The position numbers and the translations under genes were made by a program. DNA of 63,960 nt, the filler included, from an uncultured bacterium (GTDB taxonomy: Bacteria > Latescibacterota > UBA2968), in the NCBI GenBank assembly GCA_964471275.1. It is 10 parts of 10 records of this genome, joined end to end, with 100 filler letters (N's around TTAATTAATTAA, not from the genome) between each part and the next. Parts side by side here need not be neighbours in the genome. Positions count along the whole stretch, not along the records: positions 26,942 to 33,499 come from CAYYGZ010000249.1; positions 33,600 to 40,096 come from CAYYGZ010000250.1; positions 40,197 to 46,675 come from CAYYGZ010000251.1; 7 more parts are not named here. One strand, given 5' to 3'. This document shows positions 31,642 to 41,708 of this stretch, piece by piece; positions within the stretch are counted from its first letter, which is position 1, and each line of letters opens with the position of its first letter. Under the pieces are notes generated by a model. It worked only from the letters and a program-made list of their open reading frames with translations. It ran no database searches and was not told where the DNA came from.

Positions 31642-33499
31642 TTAACCCGCCGTCACCGCGATTGTATCCCGCACCGCCGAAATGGTCGTTATGGGAGACG
31701 TCGCCCCTGAATCCTCGCCCATCAGGTAGTTCAGGAGGTATTGATCGACCTTGCGATATAGGAGCTTGGCATCCACGATCAGGTGTTTTCCCGTGGTCGA
31801 CGGAATCGAGTAGGTACGATCGCTCTGTATGTCGTCCGGCTCTCCGCCCACGGATGAAGGACACGCGAACGTATACAGGGCCGCATCAGAGAAACCAGGG
31901 AACAATGCCCTGCGGAACCGGACCCCGACCATTTCCCACAGGTTGTGCCGATCGATCAGATTGCCATATCGATCCACGGCTTCGACCTTGAACATGAATG
32001 TGCCGGGTTCGATGAAATGTCGATTGTCACGACGGCCGGAAGCGAAGATGACGGCTCCCGATTCGTCTGTGACCTCGAGTTCCACCCAGGCCTGGATGAT
32101 GTCGAGCGGGCCGGTAGGAAAGTCGTGCCCGACCTTGTTGCTCGTGATCTCGACACGCATATCGATCGTCTCGCCACTCGCAACTTTCTCGGGGGCGATG
32201 ATCCGGATCGGAACAGCTGGCCCCTTTGACCACTTGTCGGCAATCTCGGGAATGTCAATATCTCCGCGAAGCCAGGCTTCGACGAGATCGACGTGTTTCT
32301 GGGCACCGGGCAGGTCGTGCAGAAGCGGAATAAACTGGTTCGCCCCGAGAAAGCGATGGCTACGGTGCTTGCCGTCATCCTCGGATCGATTGTAGTCCAC
32401 AGGATCGCCGCTTGCTGGGTCCGACGAATCGACGAGTGGCATGTGGCATTCGCGGCACTCGATCGTTCGGGTTGGATCGCCGGGATGATTCCACCGGCTC
32501 TTGCGCCAGTTGTCGTACTGATTCTGGAGTTGAACCCACCCGACCTGGTTGATCTCCTCATCGATAAACTGCTTGTGACAGGCAGCGCAAAACTCCGCGC
32601 TCTTGAACAACCGACGGCTGAGCGTTTCCGAGTGATTCCACGGGTAAGCTCGAATCAGAAAATCCGAAAGGAATATGGAGGTGGGATCGTCTCCGAGCTC
32701 GTATGCATACCGCTCCTGCTGCCCCACCACATAGTTGGCGTTCCCGCGGACATCCGTGGATTCGATTCCGTGACAGGAAAGACAGGAAATCCCTTCGTGA
32801 TAGCCCTGCAGGCTGGTCAAGTCTTCGACAAAGATGTTCTTTGTGCCGGAAAAGAGAGAGATGGGGTCGTGACATCCGCCGCAGTAGCGCGTCGACTCAG
32901 CGCCGTTCTGCTCCGCCATCACCTTCTGGACGGCCTGGAAGGCCGCATCCATGGCCGAATAGCGATGGGCGCTCGGGAGCCACTCTTCGACGATCTGCTC
33001 GTGACATCCGCTCCTTCCGCAAGATTCCGATCCATCTAGCGATCTAGAATCGATCGCCTGACCCGTCGTTGTGGATGCAAGGCTTGGCGCAAAGGGCCGA
33101 TCCTCGCCATAGACCAAGACATAGTCTTCCGGGAGCTCGTTCTTAAATGTCACGCGCTCAGCCATCCCCCCCCACGCAGCGATCATCACCAGCCCGACGA
33201 CCAAGACACTCAGGGCGCCGCGGCCGTGTCGACGAATGGCCAGATCCAGATCGGGGCGATCGGGGATGGTGAGATGACGTCTCAGTAGGACGACGATGTG
33301 CGGAAGCGTGGAAGCCAGGATACCGATCGTGGACACCAGATGAATCTTGCTCCACCCGTATCCGATTCGCGTAGTCAGCACGGCCTGATAGACGAGGACG
33401 GCACCGGAAACGAGGCACACAAACGTTGAGATCAATGCCAGGTAGCCCGTCACCTTCACGTGAGTCCAGGACGCGGTCGAATACCGGCGCCAGTGTCGC
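31642..33499 (-). CDS. Membrane-anchored multiheme c-type cytochrome (c554-like), 5' partial
   Basis: At least three TM helices, then CGRSGCH, CGGCH, CLSCH, CAACH, CRECH, HRFLGAN and GHDFPTG. Confidence 0.9.
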
Positions 33500-33599
33500 N
33501 NNNNNNNNNNNNNNNNNNNNNNNNNNNNNNNNNNNNNNNNNNNTTAATTAATTAANNNNNNNNNNNNNNNNNNNNNNNNNNNNNNNNNNNNNNNNNNNN
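33500..33599. other. Artificial contig linker
   Basis: N/TTAATTAATTAA/N. Confidence 0.99.
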
Positions 33600-33601
33600 T
33601 T

Positions 33602-33955
33602 GGGACCGATTCCGATCGGATCGTAAGCTGTGCGACCTATCTGGAGGCAACAGATCGGGAGAATGGTTGTCTGCGCGTTGTCCCGAGAAGTCACCGTGCC
33701 GGCATCTCGGTTCACGTGAAGAATCCGGTGGGACACGGCAGTTGGATGCAGGTCGAAGAGGGTCTGGCGGTCGATGTGGTCTGCTCTGCCGGCACCGTTG
33801 TTTTGTTCTCGGCGAATCTGCTGCACGGGGCAACCGTTAACCACAGTGACCGGTCGAGTTACCGGACCGCCTGGCACTACGTGCCCGGCGGGCTGAGTCT
33901 CGATCGGTTCCCGCGTGGCGAGTATGCGGACCGCTACACCGTTAGAGGCGTTTAG
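33602..33955 (+). CDS. Phytanoyl-CoA dioxygenase (PhyH) family, 5' partial
   Basis: YLEATDRENGCLRVVPRSH, AGTVVLFSANLLHG..N.SDR. Confidence 0.85.
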   Translation, partial: GTDSDRIVSCATYLEATDRENGCLRVVPRSHRAGISVHVKNPVGHGSWMQVEEGLAVDVVCSAGTVVLFSANLLHGATVNHSDRSSYRTAWHYVPGGLSLDRFPRGEYADRYTVRGV

Positions 33956-33957
33956 CC

Positions 33958-34389
33958 GTGGCGCGTGTGACCATCGACATGCCGGACCGTTTCTCGTTCG
34001 AGACGACGATTCCCATCCGTATCGGCGACATCAATTACGGCGGGCACCTGGGCAACGACACAGTATTGACCCTGGTTCACGAGTGTCGTGTAAGGTATCT
34101 GAAATCACTCGGTCTCACGGAGATGGATGTTGGCGGCTGTGGGATCATCCAGGCAGATGCGGCCGTGGTCTACAGGTCGGAGGCCTTCTACGGTCAGTCG
34201 GTCCGTATCCAGGTGGCGGCGATTCAGGAGGGACGTTCGTCATGTGAGCTCTACTACCGACTATCGGACGAGGCCGAGGATCGTGAGATCGCCTGTGTCA
34301 AGACGGGTATTGTGTTCTTCGACTATGGCAATCGTAAGGTCACGCGTATCCCGAATGCTTTCAGACAGGCAATTGCCACGGATGATTGA
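33958..34389 (+). CDS. Acyl-CoA thioesterase (hotdog fold)
   Basis: IRIGDINYGGHLGND..L..HE.R, KTGIVFFDY. Confidence 0.9.
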   Translation: MARVTIDMPDRFSFETTIPIRIGDINYGGHLGNDTVLTLVHECRVRYLKSLGLTEMDVGGCGIIQADAAVVYRSEAFYGQSVRIQVAAIQEGRSSCELYYRLSDEAEDREIACVKTGIVFFDYGNRKVTRIPNAFRQAIATDD

Positions 34390-34438
34390 CTCCCTTCCTG
34401 AGCGCGACTAGATTGGCCCATCACCTGCTGATCCATTC

Positions 34439-35131
34439 TTGCCCGGCCTGACCCGTTACGGTCGGGCCCTTTCTTTGCGTGTGAGGCCCCCGTGCTCACA
34501 GAGGAAGCACCCGATGTTTACAGCGTCGCGAGTCGGTTTATCGACGGGCGAGCCTATCGGTGAGGTGCTGTCTGCTTCGATGATGACGGGATTCCGGGCC
34601 GAGAGTTACGGGTATTCCGGGAGACGGGCATGGTTGGGGCGACCGGAAGAGGGCGGGTCCGGGCAATGGTTGCTGAACGGGATCCACGATGTAGCGCAGC
34701 TGAGGTATGTGTTTGGGGAAGTGACCCACATCCACATGAGGGAGCATCACGCGGCCTCAGCTGACACACCGGACGTGGAGGGTACGATGGTCGGGCAACT
34801 GACCGTTGAAGCGGGTTTCCAGGTTTCGATCCTGCTGTCGCGAGAAGTTCACGTGAAGGGCGGACTGCGGGGGATTACGATCTACGGAGATCGGGCTACA
34901 TTACGTACGACGGTGTCGGGCTACGATGTGTATGGAGAAGATGGAACCCCTCAGTCGTTCTGCTGGCTCGAATCCGAACTTTCGGATTATGCGCAGGAAA
35001 TGGACGCGTTTGTGAGATATGTTCGGGAAGGGGAGGCGGGACCGACGAGCGCAGAGAGTGAACGCAGGACGCTGGCCGTGGTGCAAGCCGGTTACGAGTC
35101 GGCGGCATCGGGGCCAAGTGGTGAGTATTGA
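34439..35131 (+). pseudogene. Gfo/Idh/MocA oxidoreductase lacking its N-terminal Rossmann domain
   Basis: Only C-terminal motifs remain (GGSGQWLLNGIHDVAQLRYVFGEV, RRTLAVVQAGYESA). The upstream part is unrecognisable. Confidence 0.65.
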
Positions 35132-35154
35132 AGATCGATTTGGGGCACTGTAGC

Positions 35155-35235
35155 TTCATTTCCGTGGAAACGGGAATCCAGTGGCTCTAAACACATGCGG
35201 CACGGTGGCCGCTGGATGCCTGTCTGGCAGGCGTA
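35155..35235. repeat. Degenerate GTCATTCCCG...GGGAATCCAG / CTGGAT-type REP pair
   Basis: ttcatttccgtggaaacgggaatccag ... ctggatgcctgtctggcaggc. Confidence 0.5.
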
Positions 35236-35260
35236 ACGTCCGAGAAAGGGAAGCGACGAC

Positions 35261-36013
35261 ATGTTAGCACCAATTGCACTTCAGCTCTACACACTCCGGG
35301 AAGCCGCTGCCGCGGATTATGAAGCAACGGTACGCAAAGTTGCAGAAATCGGCTATGTGGGCGTGGAACCTGCAGGTTTTCCAGGAACGACGGTAGAAGC
35401 GGGGAAAAAGCTGTTCGATGAACTCGGGCTGCAGGTCTGCAGCGCACACCTTCCCCTGCCGATCGGTGACAAGGTAAACGAGTCTCTCGAGACCGCAGAA
35501 GCGTTGGGCATCAAACGAGTCGTGGCGGGTCAGGGACGCGATCAATTCGGATCTGCCGATCAGATCAAGGAATCTTGCGACAAGTTCAACGAGGCGCAGG
35601 CAAACTGTGCGGCGAAGGGATTCATTTTCGGTATTCACAATCACTGGTGGGAATTTCTCGAGATTGATGGTGAACGGGTCTACAAACAGATGCTGAATCA
35701 CCTTGCGCCGGAGATATTCTTTCAGGTCGACGCCTACTGGGTTCAGACCGCAGGACCGGACCCGGCAGGAGTCGTCTCGGAACTTGGCAGCCGCGCCCCG
35801 TTGATCCACGTGAAGGATGGGCCCTGCACGCGCGAGGCAGATATGCAGGCGCTGGGTGAGGGTGTGACTGATTTCAAGGCGCTTATCGCTGCCGGCGGAG
35901 ACAACGTCGAATGGTGGATTGTCGAACTCGATCGCTGTGCGACCGACATGATGGGGGCTGTGGAGAAGAGCTACGCGTTCCTGATCGACGGAGGCTACGC
36001 AAGTGGCAGATAG
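35261..36013 (+). CDS. Sugar phosphate isomerase/epimerase (xylose isomerase-like TIM barrel)
   Basis: ALQLYTLRE, GIHNHWWEF, QVDAYW, IHVKDG, WWIVELD. Confidence 0.92.
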   Translation: MLAPIALQLYTLREAAAADYEATVRKVAEIGYVGVEPAGFPGTTVEAGKKLFDELGLQVCSAHLPLPIGDKVNESLETAEALGIKRVVAGQGRDQFGSADQIKESCDKFNEAQANCAAKGFIFGIHNHWWEFLEIDGERVYKQMLNHLAPEIFFQVDAYWVQTAGPDPAGVVSELGSRAPLIHVKDGPCTREADMQALGEGVTDFKALIAAGGDNVEWWIVELDRCATDMMGAVEKSYAFLIDGGYASGR

Positions 36014-36552
36014 CGTGAAGATCGGACTTGTCGGATGTGGGAATATCAGTCCACAATGCTTCAAGGCTTGCCGCGCATTCCAGATGCTCGATCTTGTTGC
36101 GTGTGCCGACCTGGATGTCAATCTCGCGATTCAGCGTGCCGAGGAGTTTGAAGTAGCGAAGGGATGCTCTGTCGAGGAAATGCTGGGAGATCCTGATGCG
36201 TTATCAACCTGACGGTTCCGAAGGTACACGCGCTCGTGAATCGGCAGATCCTAGAAGCGGAGAAGCTGTTCGCTGTGGAGAAGGCTGACGGGCAGGCAGT
36301 GCTGGTGTTGGTGAAGAAGGACCTCCAAACGGGAGGGGCGCCGGACACGGCATCGGCGCAGCGGACATGGCTTATGGAATCCGTTCCGGCAGACCCCACC
36401 GATCCAGCGGCCAGCTTGCGTTTCACGTCCTCGAATTGATGCACGTGTTTTACGAAGCATCGGAGAGCGGCTTGCACATACAGACAGAGAGTAAAGTCGA
36501 CCGTCCGACAGCACTCCCGATGGGTTTGCTGTCTGGCACGCTTGACGAGTAA
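36003..36552 (+). pseudogene. Gfo/Idh/MocA oxidoreductase collapsed by internal deletions and frameshifts
   Basis: N-terminal KIGLVGCGNIS, then VINLTVP..HA, GGAPDT, then C-terminal ADMAYGIRSGRPHR...FHVLELM, all in 550 bp across different frames. Confidence 0.85.
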
Positions 36553-36695
36553 GACGCACCGAATCATCCCGAGCTTTTGCGAGGGATCCACACGCGCTAA
36601 CGGCTGATTGCAGATAGCAACAGTCCACAGGCCTATCACCCTCGTGCGCAATATGCACTACAGACTACACCAAAATTGAATGAAAGGAAGATCAC

Positions 36696-37352
36696 ATGGC
36701 AAAGAAAGCACTGATGACGTGGGGTGGGTGGGAAGGCCACGAACCCAAACAGACCACGGATATTTTTGAGGAAGTATTGAAGAATGAAGGATTTGAAGTG
36801 GAAATGCACAACACCCTCGATGTTTTTCTCGATGCGGACAAGCTGGCAGCGCAGGATCTGATCGTGCCCTGCTGGACGATGTCATCGATCGAGAAGGAGC
36901 AATCGCAAGGTCTGCAGGCCGCCGTGAAGGGCGGGGTTGGACTCGGCGGTTGGCACGGCGGGATGGCGGACGCGTTCCGCCAGGACACGAACTATCAGTG
37001 GATGGTCGGTGGCCAGTGGGTCTCGCACCCCGGTGGCGTAACCGATTATCGTGTAAATGTGACGGATCACGATGACCCGATCACGGCCGGCCTCAACGAT
37101 TTCGACATGCATTCGGAGCAATACTACCTGCACGTCGATCCGTGCAACGAGACGCTCGTTCACACAACTTTCGAAACCGGTGATCTCGCGCCGTGGGTGA
37201 ATGGTTGTGTGATGCCCGTCGTCTGGAAGCGTATGTATGGGAAAGGTCGCGTCTTCTATTCGTCACTGGGACACGTGGCAGTCGACTTCAATGTGCCCGA
37301 GGCGAAGGAAATTCAGAGACGCGGGCTGCTGTGGGCCGCGGGAGCATTGTAG
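36696..37352 (+). CDS. ThuA-like domain protein
   Basis: [50 protein letters not shown]. Confidence 0.92.
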   Translation: MAKKALMTWGGWEGHEPKQTTDIFEEVLKNEGFEVEMHNTLDVFLDADKLAAQDLIVPCWTMSSIEKEQSQGLQAAVKGGVGLGGWHGGMADAFRQDTNYQWMVGGQWVSHPGGVTDYRVNVTDHDDPITAGLNDFDMHSEQYYLHVDPCNETLVHTTFETGDLAPWVNGCVMPVVWKRMYGKGRVFYSSLGHVAVDFNVPEAKEIQRRGLLWAAGAL

Positions 37353-37602
37353 AAGCAGGAGGGGCCCGGAGGGGCAGGGCGTAGGGGCGAAGGAACAAGA
37401 CTATTCGCCCTGAGTAGCCTCATTTCCTCACGGCTCACGCCGTTATGTTCCAGGAACGATGTGTGAGGTGTATCGAAAGGCCGGTGGTAATTGAAGCACA
37501 GGTACCGCCGTGAGATACGCTGCCGAGTTTACACTCGAAGCTTGTTCGGCTGCTCTTGGCGAGCTACTTCTGATCCCCGGGTGTTTCGAATCGGCCTTCA
37601 TA

Positions 37603-37631
37603 TTGACACCCGGTGGGGAGTTTTGTAACTT
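37603..37631 (+). promoter_or_regulatory. Sigma70 promoter of tRNA-Cys
   Basis: TTGACA, 17 bp, TAACTT, GC-rich discriminator. Confidence 0.75.
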
Positions 37632-37670
37632 TAGCGCCCCATAAAATACCATTTATATAGTTCTCAAATT

Positions 37671-37745
37671 GGCGCCGTAGCAAAGCTGGTAATGCAGGGG
37701 CCTGCAAAGCCTCCACCGGCGGTTCGAGTCCGCCCGGCGCCTCCA
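37671..37745 (+). tRNA. tRNA-Cys(GCA)
   Basis: GGCGCCG/CGGCGCC acceptor stem, anticodon loop CT-GCA-AA, GGTTCGAGTCC, CCA. Confidence 0.96.
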
Positions 37746-37751
37746 AAATGC

Positions 37752-37789
37752 AAGAGGATCAGTGATGAAAATCGCTGATCCTCTTTTTT
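37752..37789 (+). terminator. Rho-independent terminator after tRNA-Cys
   Basis: AAGAGGATCAG...CTGATCCTCTT followed by a T-run. Confidence 0.88.
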
Positions 37790-37792
37790 AAT

Positions 37793-37880
37793 GAGCAGGA
37801 GAGCAGGCGAAAGAGACAATATTACCTCAACTGCGCGATGACGTGGTTGGTTTTATGCCCTTTCGCCTGCTCTCCTGCTC
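37793..37880. repeat. Perfect 21-bp inverted repeat (REP/MITE-like)
   Basis: GAGCAGGAGAGCAGGCGAAAG (37793-37813) and its exact reverse complement (37860-37880). Confidence 0.85.
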
Positions 37881-38126
37881 GGTTCTAACCTGCATGGTAG
37901 TTTCATATCGATGTGGTGGGATTGCGCCAAATATTCTCGAATACGCGTGTGTAGAGAATTTCAACAGTCACCTGTCCGACCGGAAGCCCCTATTCTACCA
38001 AGGGTTTCGGGCATTCTGGAATATGGATACCGAATGCGGCCGTGGCGCTGAAGTTGCATTGTATTAAAGCAGTTGAGGCAGGTGCAGAGCCTGCCGATGG
38101 AAGGTATATGAGAGGAGGTGTCGGCC

Positions 38127-38405
38127 ATGACACGCGTTCAGAAGGATGTGAAGGATCTCATGGCCTGCGTCCGAGTCCAGACGTCAGAGCGGACTTCAGA
38201 CGAGGTGGCCAGGCTGCTCTTCCAGGAGTGGAAGAAGGATGCGACAATCTCGATAGGCGATTTGTTCAGAGCGGTCGAGTCGAAGGGGCGGGAAGCCGCC
38301 GGAGACGAGAGTGAATCGATCGTCCGCGGTCTATACGAGAGTCCTAGTGCTCGGAGTGCAGCGCAAGGCGCCGCCCGAGCGATCCATCACGGAGTAGCCG
38401 CGTAG
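38127..38405 (+). CDS. Small hypothetical protein (92 aa)
   Basis: AGGAGGT SD upstream of ATG and its own terminator downstream. Confidence 0.7.
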   Translation: MTRVQKDVKDLMACVRVQTSERTSDEVARLLFQEWKKDATISIGDLFRAVESKGREAAGDESESIVRGLYESPSARSAAQGAARAIHHGVAA

Positions 38406-38433
38406 GAGAGCGTGCAGGAATAGCTGATGAGGG

Positions 38434-38470
38434 AGCCCGATGGCGAGATCGCTGTCGGGCTTTTCTCTTT
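38434..38470 (+). terminator. Rho-independent terminator
   Basis: AGCCCGATGGCGA...TCGCTGTCGGGCT followed by TTTCTCTTT. Confidence 0.8.
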
Positions 38471-38539
38471 AGATACACAAAGGCGTGCTAAAGGAGCGCT
38501 TCTCGCCTTTCTGGATCGATTCTCCCTCCTTCCTCCATC

Positions 38540-38568
38540 TTGACGTTGGTTGGGCCGTGCTCTAACTT
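38540..38568 (+). promoter_or_regulatory. Sigma70 promoter of tRNA-Leu
   Basis: TTGACG, 17 bp, TAACTT (same -10 as the tRNA-Cys promoter). Confidence 0.7.
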
Positions 38569-38591
38569 CATGTAGTTCCTGACGCTATCAC

Positions 38592-38678
38592 GCCCGGGTG
38601 GTGGAATTGGTAGACACAGGAGACTTAAAATCTCCCGGCCTTCGGGCCGTGCCGGTTCGAGTCCGGCCTCGGGCACCA
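38592..38678 (+). tRNA. tRNA-Leu(TAA)
   Basis: GCCCGGG acceptor stem, anticodon loop CT-TAA-AA, long variable arm, GGTTCGAGTCC, CCA. Confidence 0.97.
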
Positions 38679-38692
38679 ATAAAATCAATGTG

Positions 38693-39121
38693 TTATGACT
38701 GGGCTCCTCTCTGGAGTCCAGTGCCGTTTTCGGTGGGTGTCGCAAAAATGTCCATCGAATCCTGCTCGACCTTCCGCAGCCGGTCCTGAAGCTTGCTCGC
38801 CGCATCTGCCATGTGCTCATCGGACAGGTGTGCGTACCGCAAGGCCATCTGCGGGGTGCGGTGGCCGAGGATCTTTCCAACAGTTCTCAGATCGACCCCA
38901 GCCACGATCATCTGACTCGCAGCGGTGTGTCGGAGGTCGTGGAACCGGAACGACGGGTCGATCCCGGCAAGTCTTTCCCGAAGTCTATCTGGATGCTCCA
39001 ACAATTCGTGGATGATCGAACCCAGCACGTGATCGGATTCAAGGTTCTGAAGACGAGCACCGCGTTCCCAATCATTGTAGGCTTCCACAAAGCCGATCCA
39101 CCTATCGGTGTTTGAGTCCAT
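38693..39121 (-). pseudogene. Tyrosine recombinase/integrase C-terminal remnant
   Basis: FRFHDLRHTAAS...LGHRTPQMALRYAH (H-x-x-R, H, Y). The first catalytic Arg box and N-terminal domains are absent. Abuts the tRNA-Leu 3' end. Confidence 0.88.
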
Positions 39122-39457
39122 ACGCCTTCAATCTCGTGTTTCTTCCAGTCTCTGTTCGGTATTTCTAGTACGCCTGCATCTCAACTTACCATACCCCAAG
39201 GAAGGATGGTGTCGAGGTTACAGTTTCTCCGCAGGCACAGTCAGCGTAGAAGCCGATTGGCCAGCATCGGACCGATTCCGATCGGCATAAAACCCAACAA
39301 GAAAATAATGATGGGTGTGGCAATATCGAATATGCGGCAGGCGTGCTTTACTCCGGAAAGAGTGTATGGCATATTGCGCACGCCCCCCGGTTGTAGGTCC
39401 ACCCCGTGTGGAGCGAAGTGATAGTCTCGAGACCATAACTCACATCTCAAGGCGACA

Positions 39458-39523
39458 ATGGCCCTCAAGAAATCTGAACTCTATTCCTCCCTCTGGCCCA
39501 GCTGCGACGAATTCCGTGGCGGC
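39458..39523 (+). pseudogene. hsdM: Type I restriction-modification HsdM N-terminal stub
   Basis: MALKKSELYSSLWPSCDEFRGG matches the common HsdM start MALKKSELYSSLWxSCDELRGG. Similarity ends after 22 codons. Confidence 0.75.
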
Positions 39524-39614
39524 ATTCGATCTGACCAAACTTGGCTGATGATCGTGCGAGAGAGCAGCCGCGCCTGCCACATCCTTACTGCACCTTCGTG
39601 AGAAGGGCGATCGT

Positions 39615-40096
39615 ATGAGCGACGCCCTACTGAAAGTTCTTAGCTGCGTAGGAGGTCTGGCCCTGCTCGTGTCGATTGGGACCGAGGCGGATGAGCGCAG
39701 TTCCCCCGCTCTTTGGCCGCTCACCGTGCAGGAGATCCGGGACGAATCGACTCTGGACGAACAGATTGTTGAGGACAGTCAAATTGAGCACCCCGATCAT
39801 CCTGGACAGAAAGTCCGGAAACTCGTCGTTCGGTTCTTCAGCCACGAATTCAAGGACGGGCCGTGGCACGGACGCGTGACTGTCTACATCCCCCCGGGCA
39901 TTCCGGACGAGAATCGTGGCTTTGTCATCATGTGTCCCGCCTCGTCCCTGAGGCGGACCCTCATGCCCGGTGTCGATATCGAACGTGACCTCGCACTGGG
40001 TACAGCCCTTCTGTTCCGCATTCCCGTGGCGACCATACCACAGGCCGGCGAGCACTTCGGTCTGTCCCGCATTCATCAGATATCAGACAAGCTCAC
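39615..40096 (+). CDS. Secreted protein, possibly PqaA-like hydrolase, 3' partial
   Basis: Signal-peptide-like N-terminus. FFSHEFKDGPWHGRVTVYIP resembles PqaA-type SQ.W....W.H.L.I..P. Confidence 0.5.
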
Positions 40097-40196
40097 NNNN
40101 NNNNNNNNNNNNNNNNNNNNNNNNNNNNNNNNNNNNNNNNTTAATTAATTAANNNNNNNNNNNNNNNNNNNNNNNNNNNNNNNNNNNNNNNNNNNN
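40097..40196. other. Artificial contig linker
   Basis: N/TTAATTAATTAA/N. Confidence 0.99.
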
Positions 40197-40467
40197 CAGC
40201 CTGATGATGTTCGATTTATTGAATATGCAGTATCGGTTTGTCTGGTGGCCTCTCCCCACGGTCGGTTTGGCGCTTCAAGGCATGCATATGGCAAGACGGA
40301 TTGTCTTCCCTGTCTTCCTTGCGTGGGCGATCAAGTCGGTTATCCTCAAGGTTGGCGGTGTCAGCCTTTATCGAAGAGGGCAGTCATTCTACATCGGGCC
40401 CATGATGGGCTACGCGCTCGATCAGGCGTTCTTCTGGGGGAGAGGCCACTCGGTCCACGATTTCTGA
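40197..40467 (+). CDS. C-terminal part of a DUF6785/DUF6784-type membrane protein, 5' partial and possibly degenerate
   Basis: RFVWWPL..VG, FLAWAIK..ILKVGG..LYRRG..F, GHSVH. Paralogous to the end of 57274-59241. Confidence 0.75.
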
Positions 40468-40589
40468 ACCTGCCCGATGCGTACCGGGTGACTGCCCTGT
40501 AATTCCCAGGTTCAGATTCCTTGATTCTGTGTGTGAACGCTGATGACCGTGTTCGCAAGTCTGTTGTTCTGTCCTCCCAGGGAGTTTTC

Positions 40590-41681
40590 ATGAAGATAAC
40601 GGAAGTGATTGTTCACAACTTGTCGTATCCGGTGAAGAAGCCGTATGCGAACTCAGGCACGTTCAATCGTCGGCGCACTGCGACAGTGATCGAGATTCTG
40701 ACCGACTCGGGTCTGGTCGGTTGGGGTGAGGGCAGCGGCGCTCCCTCCGCGGGGGACATCGAACGAGCAGTTGTCGGTCGGAGTCCGTTCGACTATGAGG
40801 TGATCTATGACGATCTGGCCCGGGGTGGTCGGAATGCGCGGACGGCCTGTGGTGTGGAGATTGCGCTGTGGGATCTGATGGGCAAGGCGGTCGATCGACC
40901 CGTCTGGCAGCTTCTGGGCGGGAAGCGTCGGGATAGCGTGCTGGCCTACGCGAGTGGGCTTTTTCGTCCCGAAGGGGAGGATCACGTCGAAGCGCTTACC
41001 GAGGAGGCGAAGAAGTATCGAGATATGGGATTCCAGGCCGTGAAGATGAAGATGGGATTCGGGCCGGAATACGACGAACGGATCGTTTCAGCCGTCCGGG
41101 AAGCAATCGGAAACGATATCGGCCTCGCGATCGATGCGAACTGTGCCTATGACCCCGCGACGGCTATTGCCAGCGGCACCAGAACGATGGTGTATGGTCT
41201 GCTGTGGTATGAAGAACCGATCGAACCGACGGATGTGGCGGGATACGGTATGGTCAAGCGTGCGTTGCCGACGTGCCGTCTCGCAGGTGCCGAAGGTCTT
41301 GTGGGCAGTTGGTCGTTTCGCGAGCTGTTGCAGGCGAGAGTTCTGGATGTGATCCAGCCGGATATCAGCATCGCCGGTGGGTTCACGGAGATGAAGCGAA
41401 TTGCGGCGATGGCGCACGCTGATCGTGTTCGTGTGATACCGCATATGTGGGGGGGCGTGATCCGACTCGCTGCGACGCTGCACTATCAAGCGACGATGCC
41501 CGATTCACCGGCGGCGATGAATCCGTTCCCGTGTTACTGTGAGTATGATATGACGGAGAATGGGTTGAGGACGGAACTGGGGACAAGCTTTCCGATGGTG
41601 GACGGCCAGATCGCGATCCCTGACGGTCCCGGGTTGGGCGTCGAGATCGATCGCGCGGCGCTGCAGAGATACAGACGCTAG
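40590..41681 (+). CDS. Mandelate racemase/muconate lactonizing enzyme family (enolase superfamily)
   Basis: ALWDLMGK, KMKMG, IDANCAY, WYEEP, GAE, QPD, PH.W, PDGPGLGVE. ATG at 40590. Confidence 0.92.
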   Translation: MKITEVIVHNLSYPVKKPYANSGTFNRRRTATVIEILTDSGLVGWGEGSGAPSAGDIERAVVGRSPFDYEVIYDDLARGGRNARTACGVEIALWDLMGKAVDRPVWQLLGGKRRDSVLAYASGLFRPEGEDHVEALTEEAKKYRDMGFQAVKMKMGFGPEYDERIVSAVREAIGNDIGLAIDANCAYDPATAIASGTRTMVYGLLWYEEPIEPTDVAGYGMVKRALPTCRLAGAEGLVGSWSFRELLQARVLDVIQPDISIAGGFTEMKRIAAMAHADRVRVIPHMWGGVIRLAATLHYQATMPDSPAAMNPFPCYCEYDMTENGLRTELGTSFPMVDGQIAIPDGPGLGVEIDRAALQRYRR

Positions 41682-41708
41682 ACTGTCAGACGCTTTGCTT
41701 CTTTTTGA

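Noticed and set aside
33603..39285. Exact 17-mer GGACCGATTCCGATCGG at about 33603 and 39269
   Set aside because: One copy is inside a coding region, and the sequence is rich in the very frequent CGAT/GATC words. Plausibly chance, and not a tRNA-derived att duplicate.
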